From Ginglymostoma cirratum (taxonomy: Eukaryota), in assembly GCA_024137785.1 (NCBI GenBank), contig JAHRHZ010000270.1, forward strand, positions 7,548,678 to 7,612,677: 64,000 bases of DNA. Direction: 5' to 3'. Below, one piece after another: positions 62,591-64,000 of the stretch. Positions within the stretch are counted from its first letter, which is position 1; every line of letters begins with the position of its first letter. Position numbers and translations under genes: made by a program. The notes below the pieces were generated by a model that made no database searches, was not told the DNA's origin, and saw only the letters and a list, made by a program, of their open reading frames with translations.

Positions 62591-63659
62591 TGTCTGTGTA
62601 GTACTGGGTGTGTCTGTCCCCTGTTGCAGTGGCTCGAGCTGGTACCTCAGCACCACCTTAGATTTGAGCTGGCTGAGCCAATGACGCTGACATCTGACAG
62701 GAATTTTTTAAAAATCAGCAATTTTTTTACAGTAAAATTTTCTGTTTTTAGTATTCTAAATGCCACATAGAGCTCAAGTTATCCCTTTTCAATGTTGACT
62801 GAGAACAAAATTTTGAGTTTTGAAAACCTGGATCACTTTACTTCTGCCACATGGCTACATGTTTAAGCCAGACGGTGAATTGTAAGAATTTTTTTTGTTT
62901 TTTTTGTTCTAAGCGTGTATGCATTGGCACTTTATGTAATTCAGGAGTACATTTAATTTGCTTTGGGTTACCACTAAGGTTAGGGATGGTATTAATTTGG
63001 ATTCATTTAAGAACTTGCTGGAGCCATTAATGCAGAGTGTGAATTGATGTTCAGTGATCTGTTATAACTGCAGCATTCTGCAATGCTTTTGAAGCTAAAA
63101 TTTAACACTTTGGTACGATAGACTGAGACGAATGTCTGCTCTGAAGTGATAGTGTCTTTAGCCCTGGACCGGGAGGTGCAATTCAAGTTCCACCTGCTCC
63201 AGAGGTGTGTAATCACATCTGAGCGGGTTGATTTAGAAAAATTGGATGAAATTGCAACGGGAAGAATGCTAAAATGAAAGACTGCAGGCTTTGTTTAGAA
63301 TTGTACCTGGGAACTGTTATCATTGGACTCCTTTTGTGGGGGGTTGGGGAAAGAAAATTTAGTGTATAGTTGAAGAACATCCCTGTCCTTGGGGATACGA
63401 GTGAACAGGAATAAATACTACAGATGGACAAATTCAAGATTTAATTATGGTTGTGCATTGAGATTGCTGGCAAGTTCAGTGGTTATGTCCTTTTGTTCTC
63501 TCTAGCTTCTCTGTAGGTCGTGACAGCATTGAGTTTTTGTGTTCCTTACTTCCCTAAACCATCAAGCTAAGGGACTAATCTGGCTCAATGAGGAGTGTAT
63601 GAGGGTATATGCTGGAAACAAGCATAGCTTAAAAATAAGTAGAGCAGCTGTTGAAGCTG

Positions 63660-63955
63660 CAATAAAGGACCTCCAGTACTTTTACACCAAACCGCATTAG
63701 CAGTGGGCGATACAGCTATTCCGGAACCAGCAACTCAGATCCAAGCTCTTGCAGCCCTGATGCATCCAATCATGAAAGCAATTGAACAATTGACCAGTTC
63801 GCCTGGAGGCATAGGCTCAATGAATATCCCCATCAGTCCCAGTATCACCAAATGAACTGCAGTGGTTCAAAGTGGGTCCTCATCGCCTTTCTCAAGGTGA
63901 TTTGAGGATGGACAATAAATGCTGGTCCAGCAAGTATAATTGACATTCCATGACT
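63660..63955 (+). mobile_element. LINE 3' end of the 27296-28120 family
   Basis: CTGCAGTGGTTCAA...TTCTCAAGG...GGACAATAAATGCTGGTCCAGC. Confidence 0.55.
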
Positions 63956-64000
63956 CAGATCTGCCCAGATTTTCTTTAATTCAGTCACCTGGCTGTAGGT

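Noticed and set aside
63130-63235. Possible tRNA-derived SINE head
   Set aside because: The A and B boxes are too degenerate to support a call without a library search.

Overview
This is eukaryotic DNA, not prokaryotic. The repeat complement (CR1/HER1-type LINEs, an HE1-like V-SINE, Penelope-like elements) points to a cartilaginous fish, probably a shark. The window holds the 5' end of ELAVL2 (HuB), a neuronal RNA-binding protein gene, on the + strand. It has a CpG-island/TATA promoter at about 17.4-17.7 kb and a non-coding exon 1 ending at 18245. A 91-nt cassette exon (41991-42081) encodes the MAVRLCDV...EPWTG N-terminal extension. The exon at 45736-45991 encodes [16 protein letters not shown]... 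and the start of RRM1. I did not see the next exon, so the gene continues past the window. Nearly all other listed ORFs are retroelement debris or chance. Most notable observations: (1) Penelope-like elements of two families, with short TSD-flanked or palindromic derivatives, carry minimal hammerhead ribozyme motifs, two of them sense to the ELAVL2 pre-mRNA; (2) a roughly 15 kb CpG-retaining, TE-poor domain surrounds the promoter; (3) a G4/i-motif-prone minisatellite abuts the promoter; (4) a UGCAUG (Rbfox) cluster and a QKI motif surround the cassette exon; (5) there is a CCA-ended tRNA-Trp pseudogene; (6) there is a candidate extra coding exon (MFKNLKR). Repeat boundaries are approximate and read by eye. 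Nothing here is a demonstrated new system; the ribozyme and splicing ideas are testable hypotheses.
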